IMG/VR virus record: IMGVR_UViG_3300030333_002778
Location: 25,461 to 89,460 of that record
Direction: 5' to 3' (one strand)
Source: a virus
Length of the DNA: 64,000 nucleotides
A program made the position numbers and the translations under genes. Below are positions 18,901-30,900 of the stretch, piece by piece (the first letter of the stretch is position 1; each line of letters begins with the position of its first letter). The notes beneath the pieces were generated by a model that saw nothing but the letters and a program-made list of their open reading frames with translations, searched no databases and was not told where the DNA came from.

Positions 18901-21900
18901 AGGACTAGCTGGATTTAATAAATCAACACTAGTCATAATTACTTCTCCTGCTTTATTAATTGTAACATCAGCTTCTAAGCCTACTATATTCATTTCGTCT
19001 ATTTTTATTCCTTTATTCTGAATAATATATCTATATAGCGAAAGTTGTAATCTATACTGATTAAGTAAGTTATTAGGAATTGTAGCTAAAGGGCCTGTAA
19101 AAGATGGTAATTGAGACTCTAATGTTAAGAATTTACCTTTCATTTTAGTTTTAAAGTCATGTATAATTCTTTTTCCTGTAGATGTAACCTCTATAATATC
19201 TACTTGACCTCCAATAATATCACTTTTATCTGCTACTTTTGTTTCCGTGTACAATCTACTTCCAGCTGTTATTTTAGATCTAACCCAAGCTCTTAGTTTA
19301 GGTAAGTTCTTATTAATAGCAGCTTTAGAACTAGTATCTAGATTTAAAGAATCTATTATTTGTTTATCCGTTAAGTTATTTACAATACCTTCCATGGTTT
19401 TGTGTAATTGCGTACCAACACCATCTTTTAAGAATTCCCATAATTTTTCTACTTTTTCAGATGTATTAAAAGGATTACCTGCTCTTCTATTAGCAGCTGC
19501 TACTTTTTCAGCTATTTCTTTAGAAGCAAATGGTTTAGAGAAAGCTTCTATAAAAGAAGTCGTTCTATTTAATTTTATACCATCTAATTCATAGAAATTA
19601 TTTTCAGTAGTAGGATCTTGAATCCTATTACTTTCATTAATCATCTGTGAAAAGTTTTGTTTTTGATTGTTTAAAGCATAGTACTTTTCTACTCCTAAAT
19701 TATCTATATTTAAACCGGTTATATCTCCATTTAATATACGAGAAGCCATAGGTCCAAATACATTATCTAATTGTTGTCTAAGCTCATCTTTTGCTTCTTG
19801 GTTTCTAGTAAATAATGCTTTTATTTGGTCCCATATTTTTCTTAACGTTCCTATGAATCCTTTGTATTTTTCTCTAACCTGCTGTTCATTTACTATATAT
19901 TCAGCTAATATCTTACCTGCAGTTTCTTTTTGGAATTGATAGTCTTCTGTATATAATTTTTCATAATCTTTTACGACTTGGCCGTATAAATCTGTTTTAG
20001 AAGCTAGTGCTAATAGTCTTTGAACTGTAGGCTTATCTTCTAATGCTTCTATAAAGAAGTGACTTAATTCCTCTGGTACAGTATATCTATCTCTATTCTG
20101 ATCTAAATACATAATTCTATTAAGCATATCAGCTGCACCTACTGCATCTACACCTAATTTTTTCTTAAGATTATTAATAGTTACTGCTTTAACTCCAAAA
20201 TGTTTTTCAGCAAATCCTATTAAATAATTATCTAGATCTTTCAAAGCAGACTCTTTCATTTCTGGGCTTAATCTATATTCAAGTGTATTATTTCTACTTG
20301 TTATAGACCCTGAATCAAACATATTTGTTTGTGGTTGAGTATTTTGCTCTGTTTTATTGGCAGGATGGATACTTTCGTATCTTTCTTGCGCATACATTTC
20401 TACAAATCTGTATCTTTCTCCTAAAGGAGGTATTTCTTGGTATATTGCACCATTTAAATTCCCTGAATTTGTTTCGCTAGCAGCTAAAAATTTATATAAT
20501 CTCCATTTACCTGCATTATATGATCTAAAATAATGTACAAATTCATTTGAATTTGGAACAGCACCTTCAATTATAAGATTTGGGTTTTGACTTTTATGTA
20601 AATAATGTTGATTAGCCTTTAAATTATGCGCTTTAATTAATTGCGGAGTTCTATGAAGAACTTTTTTATCTGCTATTTTTAAGAATCCAGGATCTGTAAA
20701 CATATTTCTAATAATCTGATGAGTAGCATTTAAGAAATACTGATCATTCCACATTGAATTAGCCTCTGTTCTAAAGTAATTAGTCAATCCTGAAGATTTC
20801 CAATAGGATACTGGAACAAGATCTACAAAAGAATTAGGTCCTTTCATTAATCCTGAAGTAACAATAGAATACGATATTAAAGATTTAGCTAAATTTGCTA
20901 CATCTTCTCTAGGGTCTAATAATAATTCGGCCCATCTATCTGTTATCTCTGATCTTTCTGATGGGTCTAGTTTAACACTATTATTAAATGCTATTAATTG
21001 TATAAATTTATCAGAACTTAAGTTATCAGGATGTGCATATAATAAGCCTAAGAATGGGTCATTAAATAAGTCGTGTTTCTTTTTAATTTTAGCTAACCTA
21101 GAAGCTAATGATTTTTGGTATTTGAATAATACGTTTTCAAGACTTTTTGTTCTAACTTCTCCTGATTTAGTATAAAATAATCCTCTCATAGGAGAATCAG
21201 GTTTAATTACAGAGAAATATAAACCTAAACTATTAATAGTATCTATATTTTGTGGTGATAATATACCATCTTCTTGACCTGTTAATTGTGCTATATTTCT
21301 TTTTAATTCTATAAACCCATTTTTATTAAATGGAATAAAGAAACTTGTAAATTCATTAGCGGATTCTATACCATATGTTATGTAAGACTGTACTCTCTTA
21401 GGTATTTTAGTAATTTCTATAGCAGATTTACTACTTTGTATATAATCTACATTATCCATAAATTGTTCTAGGTAACTTAATCTACTAAATCGTTTTATAC
21501 CATCTGGTGATAAATATCTATTACTTTTTGAAACATCTTTTGCTACTTTTAAGTATCTCATAAAGTCACTTAAAATTTGTATTTGTTTTTTAAGATCTGC
21601 TTCATTTGAAAGATCTGCTTGTAAACCTGTATCATTTAAATAAGATGCAGTAGGAGTAAATTCTATTAGATTTTTTCTATTTATATTATTATAATAATCT
21701 AGTTGGCCTAATTGTTCTGCAGTAGTTCTAGCAATTTGAGCATGATTAGTAAAAGCAGGCGCATTTTTTACATTTTGTTCTAATTTTCTTATAATAGGCT
21801 GATTTATAAAATCTAATGCAGTTTCAACATTAAATCCAGCTCTATTTAGTATAGCAATTACTCCATGGTTAAATAGAGTTACACCTGCACGACCAATTCT

Positions 21901-24900
21901 TAAGTTTTTAGCATTATCTAAAGACTCACTCTGATGTGCAGCTATATAATTTAATATATATTCTCCATCAAAACCTTTTATTTTTGTCAGATCTACATGT
22001 GATGAAATATTATTTGCTCTTATGTTTATAGAATACTCTGGTTTTATTGTCATATCAGTAGACTGTGAAAGCGCGCTTCCTACAGAATGGTTTGAAAATG
22101 CTCCAATTAATGCAGCTGCTTGTTTATTAACCTCTTCTAAGTACATTTGACCTGAAGTACTAAATAAATTTAACCTACTCATTGTAGGAATTATACCTAA
22201 TCTTTCGTATTTATTAATTAGATTTACATAAACATCTGTATCTAGAGGATTCATAACCTCTTCTACATGATTTTTAGAAGTTAGAATAGTATAATTTATA
22301 TCATATATTAAATTATCTAAAGCTTTTGTAGATACGCCATCAAAATTTTGTTTTTCTTTATATTTTACATAATCAAAAGCTGAAATCTTTTCTCCATTAT
22401 TTGTTAGTTCGGGGAACATTAAGAACATTTTATCAATATCAAAATCAGCTCCCATTTTATTTACAACTTCAGTAGGTAATATTACTATACCACCCGCGTT
22501 CTCTGGTAAGACTTCTACTATTTCTAATGCCATCATAGAAACTTTTAATTGTGTAGGAATCCTATAACCAATAGATGTAAGTGCTTCTCTAGTTATGTTA
22601 TTTTTAGCTAGATATTCTTCTGTAACTACTCCTGCAGGTAAATTATATTTAGCTCCTAATTGATAAGGTAATTTTATTTGAGCTACAAAACCTCCGTTTT
22701 TAGTAGGCTTTATAGTAAGTTCATCTGAAAGTTTATGTCCATACTGAGCTATTTGAATAGCCCCCATTCCTTTTGTTTTCTGTCTTAAAACTCTATTTTT
22801 ATATAGATTATTTAAAATAGACTCAAATGTTTTTGCAAATGTAGGAAAAGAAAGAGGTGCTTGGAAATCATATCTAGTTTCTATATTATCAATTATTTCG
22901 TCTATATTTAATATCAAATAATAATTATCCTCTAATTCTCTTTCGTTTAAAGAATTTTCTAATATACCTCTAACCTTTAAAAGAAATTTTTTCTGATCTT
23001 CATAGTACTGATTAAATTCAGCTGCACCTTTTATTTCATCTCTATTTTCATATCGTTCCTTAAACTCTTGCCAACCCATTTCTTTTACTAATCCATCATG
23101 AGATCTTTTTATTTTTTCTGCAAATGCACTATCATATAAATCTCTTATTTGATCTCCTTTTATAGAAATACCATTTAATGTGTAATTAAAATTAGACTCT
23201 ATATTAGCAGTAATAAGTTTACCAAATTGAGTTCCATATAATTGTTTTTTAGCTTTAAAATCAACTACTTGTGGTGATCTTAGATTTCTAGTATCTAACT
23301 CAGTTACTACTATATCTTTTAATTGTTCTTGAGTTGTTGGATTTGATATACCAACAGCTCCTGTCTTAACTGCAGACTCAAAACTTACCATATCTATTTT
23401 CTTAAGACCGCTGTATTTACCTACAGCTTCCATACGTTGTCTTAAGTTATTTATCGTTACTGATTCTGAGCTATCTTTTTCATTTTCTGTCATCTCTCTT
23501 AATAATGGATAAACAGAGTGTTTAATTTGCTCCCATACTAGAGTTTTTCTACCATTATTATCTTCTACTATTCTATCTCCCCAATAAAAAGTTTTTAAAG
23601 GATCAAATAATAGTTTTTTAGATTCTTTATTTCCTAGTTTTCCTTTTGACCAATATTTCTCATAGTATACTCCATGCTTTTCAGGTATCCATTTACCCTG
23701 GGACTCTAAATAAGATTTATAAAATTCTATAGTAGAAAAACTTTGCGCATCTGTTTTATTTAGATTGGCAAATTGGTCTGCTATTTGATCAGCCTTTTTA
23801 GAACCGGCTTCTTTCAATGCTTTACGTATATTCTCAACTAATGTAGGATCTTTTTTATATACATCTTTAAATATAGAATGTGATATAGTATTACTCATAC
23901 CATACTTTCCTATTACAGGATCAAATCCAGGAGTTATACCTGCATAATTTCTTTTACCCGCATCTATAAATATATTACCTGTATTATCTGCTTTATAAAA
24001 TGCAGGATCCCCCATCATCATAGTATATATATGAGGTAAATAAACAATATCATTAATAGCAAATTCTACCAAAGCTGGCATAATATTTGTATTAATAGTC
24101 TTTCCCTGTAAACTTTTAGGAGGTAATAATATATTCTTATATGTATTATCTTTTTCGTTCTTAGAAACTATTCCTTCTTTTTCAAATTTGTTTAAAGTCT
24201 CTGTTATATTTTGTATAACATATTCTCTGAGTTTATTTTTTATCTCTTTAACGGCATTACTCATCTGCTCTTGACTAGCAGTATTTGAGTCTCTTAACAT
24301 TCCTAACTCAGTATAGAAATCTATATTATTTAAAGTAGGAAATATAATAAATCTTAATCCATTTGCATTTTTTCTATCACTCATATGATCTCCAGGCTCA
24401 TTTTTATAATGATAATTCTGTATCATACTTTCTCTGCTTATTTTATTATCTCCAAATAATTGGTCTTGAACTTTTAATATTCTACCATACTCTCTTAAAG
24501 CTAGCGGATATAATAAATCTACTGCAGTATCTACAAATTGATTAGCTTGGTTAACACTAGTGCCATTCCAAGTTATATGACTAGATCCTGGATATATTCT
24601 AGGTAATGCCATATACATAGATTGCATTTTATCAGATCTAGTTCCTATATTTATTTTAGTAAAAGGCTGACTTCTATCAGTAAAAAAAGCCCATCTAGTT
24701 AAAAGAGATTGTTGTGGATTTAAATCTTTATAAGATGTTGATCTTCCTTTATATCCTGCTTCCTTAAGAGAGTCTAATGTAACTATACTTAATTTTTCTC
24801 TAACATTATCAAATTTTTCTATAAGATCAAGGATTAAATGATCTTCATAGAATGTATCTTGTTTATATTTATTTATAGCGCTTTCATAAGTATTTTTACT

Positions 24901-27900
24901 TCTTAGTTCTAATACTCTTTTAGAATCAAATGTATTTAGATTAATAGCATATATATTTTTACCATTACTATGGAAAGAAGCTAAGGCTTTATCTACTTTA
25001 AAGTTAGATGCTAATTGAGCAAACTTATTTAAAGACCCCATTTCCATATCTCCTGCAACAAATGGGCTGATTCCTTTTCTTAATTTAGCTAGTATATGTG
25101 AATAAGAATTTGATCCTGACATATACTTATGTAAGTCTCTAACAAAAACTTCATCATTATTATATAAACTATTATAAGCTTCATTAGGAATTAATATACC
25201 AGTTCTATCTAGTATTTTTTTCATCTGCTCAATATACTTCTTCTTAACTTCTCTATGAGCATTCATCTCTTTTTGCTGATCTCCTTCTTTTACAATAAAC
25301 TTTAGATTTGACCATAAGTCAAATATTTCTTTAGCTGTAGACTCATTTATAGTATCTTGTTTACCTTCTTGTATATTAAATAGATCTGTAGTTACTTCTC
25401 TATTTCCTATCCAATCATTGATAATCATTCTATTAAAACTATTTCTATTTGCATAGACTAGTTTTATCATACCATCTTGAATAATAGGAATTTCAAAATC
25501 TATAAGTTGATCATTCATATGGGTTATAAACTTATTTTTAAAAGCCGGTGACCCATTATTTATTCTATCCAATACAACCTCCGCTATTTTATTATCCTCT
25601 GCTAATAGCTCTAATCTATTCATTACATCTCCCTGTGGAGTATTCGCTAATGCAAATTTTAAATAAGAGTAAACTTCAGAGAATGAGTAGAAACTTTTTT
25701 CTCCTAATAAACCTCCTCTAGACCCATCATTTTTTTGTATTAAAGATAGTTCTATTTTTACATCTTTAGATAATGTAGCTTTTCTAGGTCTCTCAAAGAA
25801 ATTTATCCCATGAATATGTTGCGCTGTTTCTAATTCTGCGTTTTCTAAATCAGTTTCAAACTCTTCTGATGCTGCTATATCAGATGTATTTTCTTCAGAA
25901 ATATCTATTTGTTCTTCTATTTCAGCATTTTGAGTTTCTATTAATTTTCCAGACTCTTTAAATCCGAATCTTACACCAAATACTGTTAAGTTTCTAACAA
26001 CAAGATCTCGGAATCCGGGGCTAACAACATTTATATTATTTTCATCAAATTGACTATAAAAGTTTTCTTGTAATGCTGCTTTTGACCATTCTTCTCCTTG
26101 TTCTATTCCTGCTTCTGTCATCTGCTCACCTATCCTTTCCATATTTTGTCTTGCAGCTTCTAGTTTTGCTACTAATATTTTAGGATCTGTTAATTTTTCT
26201 AGCCATAAATCACCATATTCTTTCTGATAAGCTTCTCGCATCTTATTAGTAATCACATCTACAATTTCATTCTTTTGAATATTAGTATATCCAGGCTTTT
26301 GTCTTAGTTTATACGCGACTGTTGATCGTTCTCTTAATTCTTTAGTAGTATACTTATTATAGTTTCTAGAACTTAAATCACTAAACATCTCATTAAGAGT
26401 AAGATCCATACCTAAGAATTTCTTTATGTATGTCATAATATCCTTAAAGAATTTAGCTATGGTTCCTATTAAACCTCTATTTTCTTGAGTAATTCTATAC
26501 TCCATAAAAGATTCCGCTAATTTTGTTTCAAGCTCTTGTTGATTTTGTATACCCCACTGTTGTTGAGCAGCTTTAAATAAAGAAGATTTTTCATTAGCAG
26601 TTAAATGTAAATCTATTATTCTTCGCATAGCTTCCCAATAAGCTGTACCTTTCTTAGCAAATTGTGCTAATGTTACCATACCCTGATGGTAATATCCATA
26701 AGCTTGACGACCATCTTTTAAAGTAATATACTTAACTCTTGCAGCTATTTCTAATCCCTCTTCACCAAACTTATCAATAAACCATTGTACTTCTTCTTCA
26801 GATAATAAAAGATTAGATTCTGGATTAACTTCATATTGTCTTAATTTAAAATCAGTATCTATATCATCACGAGATTTTGTAGGAGGCTTCTTTTTAGGCG
26901 CTTTTTTTATTATTTCCTTCTTTTTATTCTTTTTTTCCATCTGTTCTCTTGCAAAATTATCTAGATTTTGCATTTTACTAGGGTCAAAAGATGGACTATA
27001 CTTATTATCTATCTGAGCTTGTGGATCAAATCCAAATAAATTAGAATTTTGATTAAATTCAGGCCCTTTATTTAAGAAATCTGGGACTTTTTTTGGATTA
27101 GATTTAAATTTTTCTTCAGTAGGCTCTACATAAATATTAGAATTATAGAACTGTTGAGATCCATTAGCTGGAATATCTGTTGAAATAGGTAATATATTAG
27201 GATCTGTTAAGTATTCAAAATAAGAATTCCATGACCCTAGTTTAGATTGAAAAGGATCTTTCATCATTTCCATTCTAGCCTTCTGAATATTATATTTCTT
27301 ACTCATAAGATGTTCAACTAGTGCTTCTCTTATACTTTTTCCACTCAGATCTAGAGTTTTAGAACTTATATATTTATTTTTTCCTTGTTTTTTAACAGCT
27401 CCTGTTTCTTTATCGTATTCAACAAAGAAAAATTCAGGATTGTATGATAAATTATGTCCATTAAGAGCTGTTAGAAAATTATTTCTTTTATTTTGTCCTG
27501 CAGCACGGTATTGTAATCCAATAATTTTATCTTTATATGGAAATACTATTTCAAAATTATCAAACACAAGTCCTGGAGCATTCTTGCTATACGTTCTTAC
27601 AGTATTAACTATTTTTTTAATCTCACTTTCTATAGTAGCCGGAGTTAAACTATAGTCTAATATAATTTCAATAACTGCATCAGCTGCTTCTTGACTTAGA
27701 TTAGATGTAGATAATCTAACAGGAGTAAGTATTCCGTTTGCTCTTTTAATAGCAGCATATATAGCACCATGCTCTATAAAAGTAGAAATATCAAAATCCA
27801 TATTATTTTTTTGCCATATAATAACACCTTCATTTTTATTACCATATCCTAATATTAATGAATTAGCATCTCCGAGTACACTTATAGGCTGTTCTATAGA

Positions 27901-30900
27901 TTTACCATCCTTTTTTAATCTTAATACCCAACCGTTTCCTTTACCTGCAATCTTACCTTTTATATCTTTTAGTTCTTTTTGCTTTGCAAATATTTCTCTT
28001 ATACGGGTATTTTCTTTAGAAAAAGCGCTGATTCTAAGTTGTCCTAGATTTACAGTAGGATCAGAAGCTAAACGAATACTAATAACCATTTTAGTAGGAT
28101 CATTAGATTTATAAAACTCATTATTAGGTTCTGGTCTTAATATAATATCAGTCCCTACTCCTATATTAGGATCATTAATAGCCTGAAAATCAAATATTTC
28201 ATTATTATTTCTAACATTAGAATCTTTTCTAATAACTAATGCATTACCCTTTTTATCTGTAAGTATCTTAGGGCCCGCATTATCTTGTAATACAATTCTT
28301 TTACCTTCTCTTACTATATATCCACTGCTATTTAATCTAGGAGGATAGTAATATAATACTTGATATTTACGATCAAATTCTTTTCTGTTTTCTGTCAAAA
28401 GCTTATTCATAGCTTCTGTCATAGGAATCATTTTCAATGTAGATTTTGGTACAGGATTACCATTACTATCTACAACTGTAACAACTACAGCTTCATTGTG
28501 AGGACCTACACTTTCAAGACCATAACTCATAAATTGAGGAGTCATCGCAGTACCTTTAGTTTCTTTTAAAGTTTTTTCATCTAAAACAGTAGGATTAGAT
28601 GTGGTAGTAGGAGTAGTTTTAGTTTCATCTGTCTTAGAACTTTCTGCATTTTCTGCAGCCTTTCTCATTTTGTTCTTTTGTTTCTGCTGATTTAGTTGAT
28701 CTTTCTCTTTATTTAGTATGTCTTTCTGCTCCTTATTCATCTCCATATTCAGCTTTTCTATTCTATCTATTTCATCTTGCTTCTCTTTAGCTTCTTTTAG
28801 GGCTTGTTGTAAGGCTTCTTTATTTTTTAAAGACTGTTGTATTTGTAACCACTCGTTCTTAATCTTTGTTGCTGCTTCTTGAAATCTAGCATTGTCAGGA
28901 TGTTGTAACATCCATTGATCTATATCTTCCTCAGTTACTTTTTCTTTTACTATAAAATCTCTAAAATCTTGTATTAGTGCATCGGTTGCTGATTCAGCAG
29001 CTGCTTGCTCTATAGAAGGTTTAAGAACTTCATCGAGATCTTTTTTCTCCATAGTAGTTAACTCCTTTCCCGACTCTAGTTTATTTATATTTTGTATTTG
29101 TTTTAAAGCCATATCCCTTAGCGCTCTATATTGTGCTTGTCTATGTCTTTTTCTAAGTACATCTCCATTTTCTACCTCTTCTAAAAACTTCTCTTCTTCT
29201 TGGAATTGCTCTGGAGTTAATATCTCTGATGACTCACTCTTTAATTTATCAGAAACTACTTCTAATTCGCTTATGTAACCTTCTAACTCTTTTATTTGTT
29301 CCTGCATAGAGTTAATAAGCTTATCATTCTTTTCTCTTTCTGATTGAGGAGTATCTTTAAGATTATTATATTGCTCTAAACCTTCTTTATTTTCTATTAA
29401 TTGCTCTAAAGCTAGTTTAGAAGCTTTAATCTGCATGATCAGATTATGTCTCATTTTTGTTTGAGCTCCTAGTTGTTTGTATTTTTCTTGAGAGTAGATA
29501 TCTGATTCTAGATCTAATTCAACTTGTTCATTAATCTCATTTATCAGATTTTGATATATTTGCACAGCCATTTGTTGCTGCGCTACTCTAGCAGAAATAC
29601 CAGGACCATACTTGGCTCCAAAAGGACTTTTAAAATATTTATTATAAGCAGTACTTGCTTGCTCTATTATACTTAGCATATCTGCTTTTACATCTTTTAT
29701 TTGTTCTTGAGTAATACCAGCATCAGTAAGAATTTCTTCCATGATCGGGTCTTCCATCATTTCTTTTAAAAGATCTCCATTATTAACTAGTTCATTATTC
29801 ATAGCTAAATTAACTGCCAATAATCTTTGTAACTGCTTAACCTTATAAGTATCTCCTTTTTCTTGAGCTTCTTTCATTTGCTCAGAAACATTAGCAAGCA
29901 TTTCCATTCTTTTAGTAATAGCTTGTATCTTAGCCTGCTCTTGTTTTTTATAAGCTTTACGATTCATAAGACCTGCACCGGCTGTCATCACAGCACCTCC
30001 TGCAAATCCCATAATACTAGATGACCAAAATCCACCCTGAGTAGAATACTTTCTAAGACGACTAAGTAAACTATCATCTGTCATAGTATCTCTACCAACA
30101 TCATCAAAACCTGCTAAAAGATCTCCTTGTAGAATACCTTCTTGCATAGCTATCCAGTTAATTTGCTCTTCTATAGCTTCTGTATAAGACCATAAACCAA
30201 ACTTTGCTAAGGCTTTAGCTTTTGGCTTAATCCATTTACCTACTTTACCTAATCTTGTTTTTGGTATTACAGTTTTTGGGGCTTTTAATGTAGCATCTTG
30301 AGCCGTTCTAACAGCTGAAGAAGTAGCTCCTTTACCTCTATATTTAGCACGACCAAACATTAAACCATATTGTGCAATATCAAAAAATGCATTAGTCCAA
30401 TCCCATTTAAAAGTATGAGCTGCAGCATGAGATGAAATATATCTTGCAGCCGCATCAGCAAGAGCTGGATCATTTAAAGATATTCCAGACTCTTTTAAAA
30501 ATTGTTGGCCTCCTTCTGATTCTAAAAACTCATCTAAATTTTTTTGATTTTGGAACCAAGCAAGATTCTTTTCATAAGATAGTAATCCAGTTTCCGCAGC
30601 TTCTCTATAATTCTCCATATATCTCATAGACACACCCCCTACTACTGCTTTTGTCATCCAGTCTGTAGTTTTATTACTAAATAATTTTCTATCTAAAAAC
30701 TTACCTGTATTTGCTATTCTTGAATACTTACTTGCTCTAGCAGCATTATTAACAGCTTTTAAAGGTCCCACACCTGCAAATTTACCGGCTTTTGTTACAG
30801 CCCATGCAGGAAAAAATAACGATAGAGCAGATCCTATCGATACCATATTATTATACCACCAACCTGAGTCATTAGGTTGCCATGAAGAACCTGGATACAT

